A stretch of DNA of 64,000 nucleotides from Candidatus Hydrogenedentota bacterium (GTDB lineage: Bacteria; Hydrogenedentota; Hydrogenedentia; Hydrogenedentales; SLHB01). Within the stretch, counting starts at the first letter, position 1, and each line of letters opens with the position of its first letter. Location: positions 9,748-73,747 of the forward strand of contig JAIBAQ010000008.1 in the NCBI GenBank assembly GCA_019695095.1, written 5' to 3'. The notes below the pieces were generated by a model. The model searched no databases. It was given only the letters and a program-made list of their open reading frames with translations, and was not told where the DNA came from. A program made the position numbers and the translations under genes. Below are positions 10,495 to 20,088 of the stretch, in pieces.

Positions 10495-12279
10495 CTATCC
10501 ATTTTCGTCCTTTGCATAGTGCGCGGCCAGCGAGGATGGGCTCTCTTCAAGCGCCACGGGATCGCGGCCAGGGCATCGGATGCCGCGCCGCTCCAACAAC
10601 GATCCTTCCAAGCGATAGAGGTTCACAATGGACTTGAGATAGGCGGTTCGTGCCTGGACTTCGCCAATCTGGGCTGTCAGCAAATCCCGCTGGGCTTGCG
10701 TGACCAGCAACACAGTAGACCTGCCCAAACGGAACTTCTCAACCTCAGCCTGCATCGTTTGCTCCTGCAATTCACGCGTGGCCGTGGTTGCCGGAATCTG
10801 CTCCCACGCGCGCCCGACTTCGATGTAGGCTGCCCGTACGTCTTGTTCCACGAGCTGAGTCATATTCGCCAACGCGCGCATGTTCCGCGTGCGCGAAAGG
10901 TCGGAACGTGTGTCGCGCGCGCGCGCGGCGCGATTACCCAGCGGATAACTGAACTGTGCGCCAACCTGCGTCGTATAACGATCGTCATCTTCATCCTGGG
11001 AAGGTCCCTCGAACGACGCTGCGTAATTTGTTTCGCTGAGATTCTTGGAAATGTTGAGAAAGAGGTCGAGTTGAGGCAGTAGTCCGTTCTTTGTCTTGAC
11101 TACTTCCAGATCGTCGCGCTTAATCTGCAGACGCGCTTGATTCAGGTCCGGGCGCATTCGTTGCGCCAACTGGATGGAAAAGTCCACGCCGCTGAGTCCA
11201 ATTTGAGGTGTAATCGGATCGCTCTGCAGATTCAGATCGACTGGGCGCAGCGAATCGTTGTTGGGATTCACCAATCGCAACAGCGATAAACGCAGCGTGT
11301 CATAGGTGCTATGGGCGTCAATCAACGAACTCTTGCGCTGGGCAACTTCCGATACCGCACCCGCGCGCTCGACTTCCGGCAGTTTTCCAAGCCGAATCCG
11401 CTCTTCCACTTCATCGGCCTGCGCCTGCGCCAACGCCAGCGACTCTTCGTAGATCTTGATCTGACGCTGTGCGAGGATGCAGTCCCAATACGTTTGTTCA
11501 ACTTGGGACACCAAGTCCTCTGTGAATCCGCGCAACTCATAGTCCGAGGCAAGCGTATCGAGCTTGGCTTGTCGAAGCGATGCGAGATTAACGCCCAGCC
11601 CACCGCCGCGAAGCAATTGCTGCGTGATAGACAGGTTGAGATTGCGCTCGTCACTGTCTGTATCTCTCGAAAACACGAGATTGGGATTGTTGGTGGAATT
11701 GCGCAACTCCGTATCCGTGCGGTCGTACGTCAGACTAATGTCCATGCCTGTCGGAAGATGCTGCGTAACGCCCACGCTTCCCGCTTCGGTCATGGTTTTC
11801 GCCTTTGTTTCGATCGGCGCGAGGATATTTACAGTTTGAGTGCCCGTTCCCGTGATATCCGGTACGGATAGAGGCGTCTGAACTTGAAAGTCGCGCGTGA
11901 GGCGATCTTCGGTCCGCGTGTAGCTGCCGACCAGAACCGGGTCGAACACCGAGCGCTGTTCGGACACAAACGTGTGTTGCAGGGCAGGATTCACTTCCTG
12001 AACGGAGAGGTTTTGATTGTGTTGAAGCGCCAGCACCAGCGCCCCCTCCACCGTTAACGAAAGGGGCTGTGTCTGTGTTTCAGTCTGAGCGGGCGCGTTT
12101 GTCGCGGACTCTTCAGCTGGCAGTGCAGGCGGCGTTACGTGTTCTATGGACCCAGCCGCGGATTGGACGGAAATCTCCGGCATCGCGCGTGATGGGCGGT
12201 ACTCTACGGTTGCGCAACCGCTCACTGCGGCCAGAATTCCCGCCGCGCAAGCACCTTTGTAGATGAATCGGGGCGCCAC
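10495..12279 (-). CDS. Outer-membrane efflux protein (TolC/OprM family)
   Basis: 594 aa. LSLTVEGALVLALQHNQNL, typical of OEP-family N-termini. Tandem coiled-coil repeat structure. Last gene of the MacAB-type operon. Confidence 0.85.
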   Translation of the reverse strand: MAPRFIYKGACAAGILAAVSGCATVEYRPSRAMPEISVQSAAGSIEHVTPPALPAEESATNAPAQTETQTQPLSLTVEGALVLALQHNQNLSVQEVNPALQHTFVSEQRSVFDPVLVGSYTRTEDRLTRDFQVQTPLSVPDITGTGTQTVNILAPIETKAKTMTEAGSVGVTQHLPTGMDISLTYDRTDTELRNSTNNPNLVFSRDTDSDERNLNLSITQQLLRGGGLGVNLASLRQAKLDTLASDYELRGFTEDLVSQVEQTYWDCILAQRQIKIYEESLALAQAQADEVEERIRLGKLPEVERAGAVSEVAQRKSSLIDAHSTYDTLRLSLLRLVNPNNDSLRPVDLNLQSDPITPQIGLSGVDFSIQLAQRMRPDLNQARLQIKRDDLEVVKTKNGLLPQLDLFLNISKNLSETNYAASFEGPSQDEDDDRYTTQVGAQFSYPLGNRAARARDTRSDLSRTRNMRALANMTQLVEQDVRAAYIEVGRAWEQIPATTATRELQEQTMQAEVEKFRLGRSTVLLVTQAQRDLLTAQIGEVQARTAYLKSIVNLYRLEGSLLERRGIRCPGRDPVALEESPSSLAAHYAKDENG

Positions 12280-12332
12280 GTCATCTCCTCACTCTGGGTA
12301 ACCCGCTTTGGGCGACCAGCTACATCTGATTT

Positions 12333-13532
12333 CTACTCGTATCGCAACGCGTCAATAGGATTCAGTTTGGCGGCGCGTCGCGCAGGGTAATATCCAAAAA
12401 AGACACCGACGGCTGTCGCGAACAGCATCGCCATGACGATGCTCTGCATCTGCAGCACCGTGGTGAACGTTGTCAATCGCGATACCATGACGGCTGCGCC
12501 CACTCCGGCGGCCACACCGATGACGCCGCCAAGGCCGCTCATCAAGATGGCCTCAAAAAGGAACTGCCGCAAAATGTCGCGGTCCTTGGCTCCAATGGCC
12601 TTTCGTATACCAATCTCGCGCGTACGCTCGGTCACCGTCACGAGCATGATATTCATAATGCCGATGCCGCCGACCAGCAATGAAATGCTGGCGACAGCAC
12701 CGAGCAAAACCGTGAACGTTTGTGTTACGGCGGAAGCCGTGGAGAGCAGATCGGCCTGATTGCGGATCTCGATGTCTGGCGGCATTTCCGGAAGGATGCG
12801 GTGACGTTTCCGAATCAGGGCAGTCACGTCGTCCTGAACCTTCATCAAGTCAGCCCCTGCGACGCATTGAATATCAATCTCGCGCAAATAATCCATGCCG
12901 AATAGCTGTTTCATCGCGGTGGTGTAGGGGATAACAATGTTGTCGTCGGGATTGAACCAGCCTTGATCTCCCTTGGATTTGGTTATGCCGATGACATGAA
13001 AGTTGATTCCGTTGAGTTTAATCGTCGCACCTACAGGATCGTCTTCGCCAAAGAGGTTTTGCGCCACGACCGGACCCATAATCGTCACTTTCGCCATCCG
13101 TTCCTCTTCTGCGTCCGTAAAGAGACGTCCCCGTTCGATCTCGAAATTTCGAAGTGGGATATATGTTACTGACGAGCCGATAACCGAGGTGGCGGTGTTC
13201 TTGTTGTAGTACTTGAGCTGGCCACGTCCTTGCACGACCGGCGCAACACGCAACACATTGGGGACTTCGGCCAGAATGGCCTGGGCGTCTTCTACGGTCA
13301 GGTTTTGCTGGGTGCCCGTCATGACGCCACCGCTTCCGTGTTGCGCGGGGCGCACAACCAGGAGATTCGTTCCCATCGCGCTGATAGTTGTCAGAACCTG
13401 TGCTTTCGCGCCTGCAGCAATCGCCAGCATGGCGATGACCGCGCCGACACCGATGATCACGCCTAACACCGCAAGAAAAGAACGCAGTTTGTTTGCGAAT
13501 AGACTGTAAACGGCGACTTTCAGCAAGACCAT
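12333..13532 (-). CDS. macB: ABC transporter permease, MacB/FtsX family. Start set at MVLLKVAV (nt 13532).
   Basis: N-terminus MVLLKVAVYSLFANKLRSFLAVLGVIIGVGAVIAM matches the MacB permease start. Large periplasmic domain plus C-terminal FtsX 4-TM bundle. The track ORF extends to 13613, which overlaps the ATPase gene. Confidence 0.85.
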   Translation of the reverse strand: MVLLKVAVYSLFANKLRSFLAVLGVIIGVGAVIAMLAIAAGAKAQVLTTISAMGTNLLVVRPAQHGSGGVMTGTQQNLTVEDAQAILAEVPNVLRVAPVVQGRGQLKYYNKNTATSVIGSSVTYIPLRNFEIERGRLFTDAEEERMAKVTIMGPVVAQNLFGEDDPVGATIKLNGINFHVIGITKSKGDQGWFNPDDNIVIPYTTAMKQLFGMDYLREIDIQCVAGADLMKVQDDVTALIRKRHRILPEMPPDIEIRNQADLLSTASAVTQTFTVLLGAVASISLLVGGIGIMNIMLVTVTERTREIGIRKAIGAKDRDILRQFLFEAILMSGLGGVIGVAAGVGAAVMVSRLTTFTTVLQMQSIVMAMLFATAVGVFFGYYPARRAAKLNPIDALRYE

Positions 13533-13554
13533 GAAATACACGTTTCGGTCTCCG

Positions 13555-14214
13555 TCAGCTTTCCACGATGCGTCCGTCCAGGATGCGCACGGAACGCTCG
13601 CAATGATCGGCAACGTTTGCGTCGTGCGTCACGACAATGATTGTTCGGCCAGACGCATTCAGGCTCTTGAACAGGGACAGAATCTCCTGGCCCGTCTTGG
13701 AGTCCAAGTTCCCCGTGGGTTCATCGGCCAAAATCATAGACGGGTTTGAGACAATTGCCCTCGCAACGGCGACGCGTTGGCGCTGACCGCCAGACATCTG
13801 ATTGGGTTCGTGATACATGCGGTCTTGAAGCCCCACCACTTCAAGCGCCTGCGCAGCGAGTTTCCTGGCATCTTGCCGCCGTGAATACAACAGGGGCAGC
13901 TCGACATTCTCGAGGGCCGAAAGACGGGGAAGCAGGTTGAACGTTTGAAAAACGAAACCGATATGTTGGTTACGGATTTCGGCCAGCCGATCGCGCGACA
14001 ATCCCGCCACGTTTTCCCCGGCGAGCACATACGTTCCTGCGTCGGGCGTATCGAGGCATCCGAGGATATGCATTAACGTTGACTTACCGCTGCCGGACGG
14101 ACCCGTGATAGCGACCATCTCGCCGTCGTTTACACGCATTGAGACATGATCCAGCGCATTGACGGTCGCTCCGCCGAGCACGTAGGTCTTGCAGACCTCC
14201 TGGACTTCAATCAC
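13555..14214 (-). CDS. ABC transporter ATP-binding protein (MacB-type ATPase). GTG start at 14214 overlaps the HlyD stop (GTGA).
   Basis: Walker A GPSGSGKST, signature LSGGQRQRVAVARA, Walker B ILADEPTGNLD. GTGA stop/start overlap with the upstream adaptor gene indicates translational coupling. Confidence 0.85.
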   Translation of the reverse strand: MIEVQEVCKTYVLGGATVNALDHVSMRVNDGEMVAITGPSGSGKSTLMHILGCLDTPDAGTYVLAGENVAGLSRDRLAEIRNQHIGFVFQTFNLLPRLSALENVELPLLYSRRQDARKLAAQALEVVGLQDRMYHEPNQMSGGQRQRVAVARAIVSNPSMILADEPTGNLDSKTGQEILSLFKSLNASGRTIIVVTHDANVADHCERSVRILDGRIVES

Positions 14215-15581
14215 CGGCGGCCACCTCCGCCGATGGTTCGCATCATCATCATGCGCCGGCGCGCATCGTTCTGTGCTCCGCCGTTTTCTGCGCGCCAACG
14301 GCTGTCTTCTTCCAGGCTGCGTACAATGACGCTGTCGCCTTCCGACAGCCCGCTTACGACTTCCAGATTATCTTTGTCGTGAATGCCTACTTCGATCTGT
14401 TTGCGCTCGCCGGGCGTTCCGTCCGATTTCGCAAGCTCCACATGCGCTCCGCCCTTTTGGTCAACGGCCTCGACCGGCACGACAAGGATATCCTGCTTGT
14501 CCGCGATGAGGATGTCCACGGTCGTTGTCATCATCGGTTTTAGAAGCGACTTGTTATCTCCCAGCACTTCGACGCGAACTTCAAACGTGACTACGTTCTG
14601 CACATTCAAGCCGTTGGTGGCAATTCTATCCACCCTTCCCTTGAACTTGACGCCTTGAAACGAATCCGCCGTAACTTCGGCTTCTTGGCCGATCTTGATT
14701 TGGCCGATATCTGCTTCATCCACGGACGTTAGGATGAAAATGCGCGAGAGATCGGAAAGCGTCAGGACCGTCGTGCCGCCGCCGACATTGCTGATCCCCG
14801 ACGAAATGATCTGCCCGATCTGAGCCGTACGCTTTGCCACAACGCCGTCGATGGGCGAGAACACCTTGGTGTATCCAAGTTGCCGATTGGCAAGCGACAA
14901 GGCGATCTTGTCCGATTCAACTTGGGCTTCGGCGAGCTTGATCTGTTGCCTGCTCGTTTCCAGACTCAGTTCTTGTGCTTTGAGTGACTCCAATTGCGCC
15001 TTGGCAGTCTGTAGTTCTTGCTTCGCTTGCGCTGCCGTCGTCTGCGCAGTCTCCACGCCCTCTTGGCTGGAGTACTTCTTTTCCAGCAATTGCGCCTCGC
15101 GCTCGGCCTTTGCGGCCGCGTCGCGCGCACGCACTTCTGCAGCCTGAACGGCCGCCGAAGCTTTTTGCCTGTCGGCAATCAATGCTTGTTCCGCCGCCGC
15201 CAACGACGATTTGGCCTGCGCCAAGCGTGCTTCCGATGCAGACAACGAGGCCTGTGACTGCTGGACCAGACGTTCCTGATCGACGGGGTCCAGTTCAAGT
15301 AGTAGATCGCCCTTTTTCACCGGATCGCTCAGGTCAAACGGCAGTTTGATTACTTCTCCGCTCGCGCGGCACTTGATCTCGACGTCGAGGTTGGAAACGA
15401 CCGACCCGGGAGATGAAACGACCTGGCGAATGTGTCCGCGGGTCACTTGAGCCGTCTTTAAGGTCGATGCTTCGGCCTCCGGTGTCTTGTCTTCCCCCTT
15501 CCACCACTTGAAGCCCCAGATACCGGCTCCCACCAACAAGGCTATCGTAATCAGTACCTTAATCGCCTTCTGCCAACTCAT
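14211..15581 (-). CDS. macA: Efflux transporter periplasmic adaptor subunit (HlyD/MacA family membrane fusion protein)
   Basis: 456 aa. N-terminal TM anchor. Long Ala/Gln-rich coiled-coil hairpin. Beta-barrel and MP domains. First gene of the adaptor-ATPase-permease-OMP operon. Confidence 0.85.
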   Translation of the reverse strand: MSWQKAIKVLITIALLVGAGIWGFKWWKGEDKTPEAEASTLKTAQVTRGHIRQVVSSPGSVVSNLDVEIKCRASGEVIKLPFDLSDPVKKGDLLLELDPVDQERLVQQSQASLSASEARLAQAKSSLAAAEQALIADRQKASAAVQAAEVRARDAAAKAEREAQLLEKKYSSQEGVETAQTTAAQAKQELQTAKAQLESLKAQELSLETSRQQIKLAEAQVESDKIALSLANRQLGYTKVFSPIDGVVAKRTAQIGQIISSGISNVGGGTTVLTLSDLSRIFILTSVDEADIGQIKIGQEAEVTADSFQGVKFKGRVDRIATNGLNVQNVVTFEVRVEVLGDNKSLLKPMMTTTVDILIADKQDILVVPVEAVDQKGGAHVELAKSDGTPGERKQIEVGIHDKDNLEVVSGLSEGDSVIVRSLEEDSRWRAENGGAQNDARRRMMMMRTIGGGGRR

Positions 15582-15894
15582 CCGACTTCCTCTTTCCGTG
15601 CTGGTGATACCGCAAAGCGAACGGGCGCGGGGTGTACCACGGTACGCGCTGCGCTTTTTCCAAACGCTCGCGCCTAGTATAGCATCGTCTCCGGCGGCTA
15701 TTCGTATGAAGTACGCCTCGGCGTCTGCCTCAAGACGTCATATGAACCTGATGTACCCCGTGCAATGCCCCGTTGGGCTGGCACAAGTCAGATCCGCGCC
15801 GACTACTGTATAGTTGCCACGGAGTCGAAAGAAGGTTACACGAGCACTTGATGCGGGATTTCTGTAGGATAAAGACAACCGTGGCATTCAGGAC

Positions 15895-17217
15895 TTGACG
15901 GCGCAACGCGGGAGTTCCATGTCTTCCGAACTGAACAAGACTCATCCTCATTGGAGTGTTCGAGCCCTTCGAGCGCTCCGGTATCGAGATTTTCGACTTT
16001 TTTTTGTTGGCCAGACCATCTCACTAGTCGGTACCTGGATGCAGATTATTGCGATGAGCTGGCTCGTGTACAGGTTGACCAATTCGCCTTTCATGCTTGG
16101 GCTGGTCGGGTTCTGCGGCCAGATTCCTTCCATGTTTGTCGCGCCGTTTGCGGGTGTATTGGCCGACCGATGGGAACGCCGGAAGATTCTCGTGGCCACG
16201 CAGACACTGTCTATGATCCAGGCGCTGGCGATCGCTTCCCTGGTGCTGACCGGCTGGATTTCGGTCTGGCAATTGATCCCGCTGAGTGTCTTCCTCGGTT
16301 GCATAAATGCCTTTGACATTCCCGCCCGCCAGTCTCTGTTCGTCGAGATGGTCGAAGATCGAAACGACTTGGGAAACGCCATCGCTTTGAATTCCTCCAT
16401 GGTGAACGGAGCCCGGCTCATCGGTCCTTCCGTTGCCGGCATTCTTATCGCCATCGTGGGGGAGGGGGTATGTTTCCTTATCAATGGAATCAGCTTTCTT
16501 GCCGTCATCGGGGCACTGCTTGCCATGCGTCCGTCGCCCCGAAGACACGTAACCGAGCATCCCCCGGTATTGGCAAGTCTCAAGGAAGGATTCACGTACG
16601 CATTCGGTTTCTCGCCGGTGCGCTCGGTGCTGCTCCTGCTGGCGCTCGTCAGTGTCGTGGGGGTGCCTTACTCGGTACTCATGCCCATATTTGCAGAGAA
16701 GATTCTCCACGGTGGTCCCCACACACTGGGCTTTCTAATGGGAACCGCCGGTTTTGGAGCGCTGGCTGGCGCCATCTATCTGGCATCGCGTCCGACCGTT
16801 CACGGGCTGGGGCGCATACTCGTTATGGCGGTGACGCTGTTTGGCGTGGGACTGGTCGCCTTTTCCTTCTCGACAAACGTGTGGGTGTCCATGTTGCTGC
16901 TGTTGACGACTGGATTTGGAATGCTCATTGGCCTTGCGGGCTGCAATACCATTCTCCAGACCATCGTGGATGACGACAAGCGAGGCCGAATCATGAGCTT
17001 CTACACGATGGCCTTTATGGGGATGACCCCTTGGGGGAACCTGCTGGCTGGCGGGCTCGCGAGCCGTTTTGGAGCGCCGCTCACGGTGCGCATGGGGGGA
17101 ATCGCTTGTATCCTGGGGGCGCTGATCTTTGCCACGCGCCTGCCCCGCATCCGCGAATTGGTGCGGCCTATATACGCCAGCAAGAACATTCTGCCGACGC
17201 CCGAAAGTGATGGGTAG
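15895..17217 (+). CDS. MFS transporter
   Basis: 440 aa, 12-14 TM helices. MFS motif region GVLADRWERRKIL between TM2 and TM3. Confidence 0.85.
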   Translation: MTAQRGSSMSSELNKTHPHWSVRALRALRYRDFRLFFVGQTISLVGTWMQIIAMSWLVYRLTNSPFMLGLVGFCGQIPSMFVAPFAGVLADRWERRKILVATQTLSMIQALAIASLVLTGWISVWQLIPLSVFLGCINAFDIPARQSLFVEMVEDRNDLGNAIALNSSMVNGARLIGPSVAGILIAIVGEGVCFLINGISFLAVIGALLAMRPSPRRHVTEHPPVLASLKEGFTYAFGFSPVRSVLLLLALVSVVGVPYSVLMPIFAEKILHGGPHTLGFLMGTAGFGALAGAIYLASRPTVHGLGRILVMAVTLFGVGLVAFSFSTNVWVSMLLLLTTGFGMLIGLAGCNTILQTIVDDDKRGRIMSFYTMAFMGMTPWGNLLAGGLASRFGAPLTVRMGGIACILGALIFATRLPRIRELVRPIYASKNILPTPESDG

Positions 17218-17298
17218 GAGCACGGGAACTCTTACCCTAGGACGCTACATTAATCTTCTCAGTTGGCCTGATGGCTATCGGATTGTGGAGACACGACG

Positions 17299-17958
17299 AT
17301 GCGGAAGTTCCACTCGCTGATAATCGCATTTGTGCTTTTCCATCCAGTCGCTTTGTCAGATGGCATTCCCGTTGACCGTGAAACCATGAAGATCACGGTA
17401 CCCAACACGGAAATACGCCTTAGCTCCGACCAGATTGAAGAACTTGAGGTCTTGGGAACAGTGACCCTGACGACGAAGCAACTGAAGTCCCTGGCGGAAG
17501 TTGCGCCCGATACCCCCAAACGTCTTGAGAGAATCCTGTCTTTAGACTACAGCGGTTGTACGTGTGGCCCTGACTCGTATTGCATTCAGTTAGATCGAGA
17601 CCGTATCGCCATTCTAAATAGCTCAAAAGACTGGGAAGCGAGCCTATGGGAGATGCCGAACGAATCCTACGTCATTCTGCGCGCGGATTCGAAAGGACTC
17701 TTCTACTACAAGGGGATGAAGGTTCCCTTCGAGGTGCTGTTAGATTGGGTGGGACGTAGGCCCGAACCGGGTAAGGCTCTATCTAGTCCAAGTCTTGACA
17801 TCTTGTTACCGATGGGCATGCGCCGAGACGATCCTATTGTGAAGGAGCACATAAAGCAGCTCTTCGAGAGTGCGGCCAAGGCGGGGCGTGAACAAGTCCA
17901 AGAGGAGGAGTCTTTGGAGCAGGCGACGCTGGCAGACCAACAGATAAAACGGATGTAG
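17299..17958 (+). CDS. Hypothetical secreted protein
   Basis: 219 aa with N-terminal signal peptide (MRKFHSLIIAFVLFHPVALS). No recognisable domain. Confidence 0.5.
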   Translation: MRKFHSLIIAFVLFHPVALSDGIPVDRETMKITVPNTEIRLSSDQIEELEVLGTVTLTTKQLKSLAEVAPDTPKRLERILSLDYSGCTCGPDSYCIQLDRDRIAILNSSKDWEASLWEMPNESYVILRADSKGLFYYKGMKVPFEVLLDWVGRRPEPGKALSSPSLDILLPMGMRRDDPIVKEHIKQLFESAAKAGREQVQEEESLEQATLADQQIKRM

Positions 17959-18047
17959 TCACGTTTCCGCGTCAGGTGGCTTCATGCCAGCGGTGTTTGT
18001 TGCGTCAGAGGCGATGTCGCGATGTACCTTCCAGCCTACTTCCCGAA

Positions 18048-19886
18048 TCACGTCTTATACGCGGTATCCGGCAGACTGGACGTGAAGTCTTCGCCGGGAT
18101 TGATGAATCGATCCGCCTCAATTCGATACTGCTTATCGTAGAGTTGCCTGTAACGGCCGTCCAGTGTCATGAGTTCTTCGTGATTGCCGCGCTCTACGAT
18201 ACGGCCTTCTTCCAGCACAAGGATCTGGTCCGCGCTTCGAATCGTCGATAGCCTGTGGGCAATCACGAACGTCGTGCGGCCCCGGCGCAAGGCGCGAAGA
18301 CCGTCCTGAATCAGCGCTTCGCTCTCGCTATCCAGGCTTGATGTCGCTTCATCCAGAATCAAAATGGATGGGTTCGCGAGTATGGCGCGCGCGATGGCAA
18401 TACGCTGACGCTGACCGCCGGAGAGCCGTACCCCGCGTTCGCCGACGATGGTGTCGTACTTGTTTTCGAAACCACTTACAAACTCGTCGCAATGGGCAAT
18501 TTTGCTGACTTCGAGGACTTCCTCCACCGAGGCGTTCGGTTTCGAGAAACGGATGTTGTCGAGAATCGTGCCATCGAACAGGAAGTTGTCCTGCATGACG
18601 ATTCCGAGGTGCTCCCGGTAGTCGTGCAGGCGCAAGGTCTCCAGATCGCGCCCATCGATGAGGAGACGCCCCTTGTTGGGTCTGTTGAATGCCATGACCA
18701 AAGAGATCAAGGTGCTCTTGCCCGAACCACTGGAGCCCACCAGCGCCGTGGTCGATCCTGCGGGGGCATGAAAGGAGATGTTGTGCAAGACCGGCGTGTC
18801 GGCCACGTACTCGAATCCAACATCCTCGAAGGTCACATCCCCCTTCATGGATTCAATCGGCTCTCGTTGTTCGTCTTCCTCGCTTTCGGTCGCCATGGTC
18901 ATGATCTCATGAATACGGTCGAGTCCCGCGAAGGCGTCGCTCAATTGTGTCGAGATGGAGGCGATTTGTACTACGGGCGCCGCAAGCAGCGCTGTGAACA
19001 CAATGTAGCGCGTCAGTTCCTCGGCGCTCATGGTGTGATTAATGAAAGCGTGGCCGCCGATGACGATCATGATGAGGCTCACGGCTCCAACTACGACCGT
19101 GGAAATGGCCGTGCTGGCCGAGACACCCGTCATCGACTTGGCAATGTTGCGAAACAGCCGGTGGACTCCCTTTGCAAACACGAGATTCTCGCGGCGCTCC
19201 GCCGTGTACGCTTTGACGATTCGGATGCCGCCCAATGTCTCGGACAGACGGCCTGTGACATCCGCGTTGATGTGTCCGCGCTCCCGAAACACCGGACGCA
19301 GGGTCGAGAAGATATACGCCATGTACGCACCGAAGAAACCCAGCGCAACAAGGATGAGCACCGTAAGCAGCCAATTGGTGTAAACAAGGACCGCAAATGC
19401 CACGATTGCCGTCAAGGTCCCGCCGACGAGCTGCAGGATTCCTGTCCCTACAAGGTTCCGGATGCCTTCCGCGTCCGTCATGATGCGCGAGATGAGAATG
19501 CCCGTTTGGGTTTGATCGAAGTAACGAACCGGGAGCCGCGTGATGTGCTTCTGCACTCGGAGACGCATGTCCGCAATGGCGCGTTGTGCGGCCACGCCGA
19601 TGATCTGCGAGTTGGCGAATGCGGTGACGGCCTGTACAACTGTGGCGATGGCGACCGCGATTCCCACTGGCACGAGCATTTCGCCTCGGCCCTTTGAAAG
19701 GTCCTTGACCACAATCTCCGTGGAGAAAGGGAGAACGAATCCCGCTCCACGATTGATGAGCATCATGGTCAGGCCTAGCGAAAGCCTGCGCCGGTGTGCC
19801 CATACCAACGACTTGGCATGCCGCCAGACTGAGGATAGTTGCAGTCTTTTCTTCGAGTCTTTGTCCGTCAACGCGTAGTTCCTCAA
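18048..19886 (-). CDS. ABC transporter, fused permease/ATP-binding exporter (MsbA/ABCB-like)
   Basis: 612 aa. 6-TM N-terminal domain. C-terminal NBD with Walker A GSSGSGKST, signature LSGGQRQRIAIARA, Walker B LILDEATSSLD. Confidence 0.85.
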   Translation of the reverse strand: MRNYALTDKDSKKRLQLSSVWRHAKSLVWAHRRRLSLGLTMMLINRGAGFVLPFSTEIVVKDLSKGRGEMLVPVGIAVAIATVVQAVTAFANSQIIGVAAQRAIADMRLRVQKHITRLPVRYFDQTQTGILISRIMTDAEGIRNLVGTGILQLVGGTLTAIVAFAVLVYTNWLLTVLILVALGFFGAYMAYIFSTLRPVFRERGHINADVTGRLSETLGGIRIVKAYTAERRENLVFAKGVHRLFRNIAKSMTGVSASTAISTVVVGAVSLIMIVIGGHAFINHTMSAEELTRYIVFTALLAAPVVQIASISTQLSDAFAGLDRIHEIMTMATESEEDEQREPIESMKGDVTFEDVGFEYVADTPVLHNISFHAPAGSTTALVGSSGSGKSTLISLVMAFNRPNKGRLLIDGRDLETLRLHDYREHLGIVMQDNFLFDGTILDNIRFSKPNASVEEVLEVSKIAHCDEFVSGFENKYDTIVGERGVRLSGGQRQRIAIARAILANPSILILDEATSSLDSESEALIQDGLRALRRGRTTFVIAHRLSTIRSADQILVLEEGRIVERGNHEELMTLDGRYRQLYDKQYRIEADRFINPGEDFTSSLPDTAYKT

Positions 19887-20088
19887 TGATGAAATGGGCT
19901 GCGAGTGGAACGGGGGTGCAGCCTATGGAGAACGAATCAACCAAGAATCGCCGGTTCGGCGAAGCAACCTGCCATGCAAAACGAGAGTATACGGCGAGCG
20001 GGTTTCGTGTCTCAAAGAACTCGAACTCGCCGCGTCTTTCCTCTTTGGACTGCGCGAAGCCTCGAAACTTCCGTCTGGAAACAGTGGC

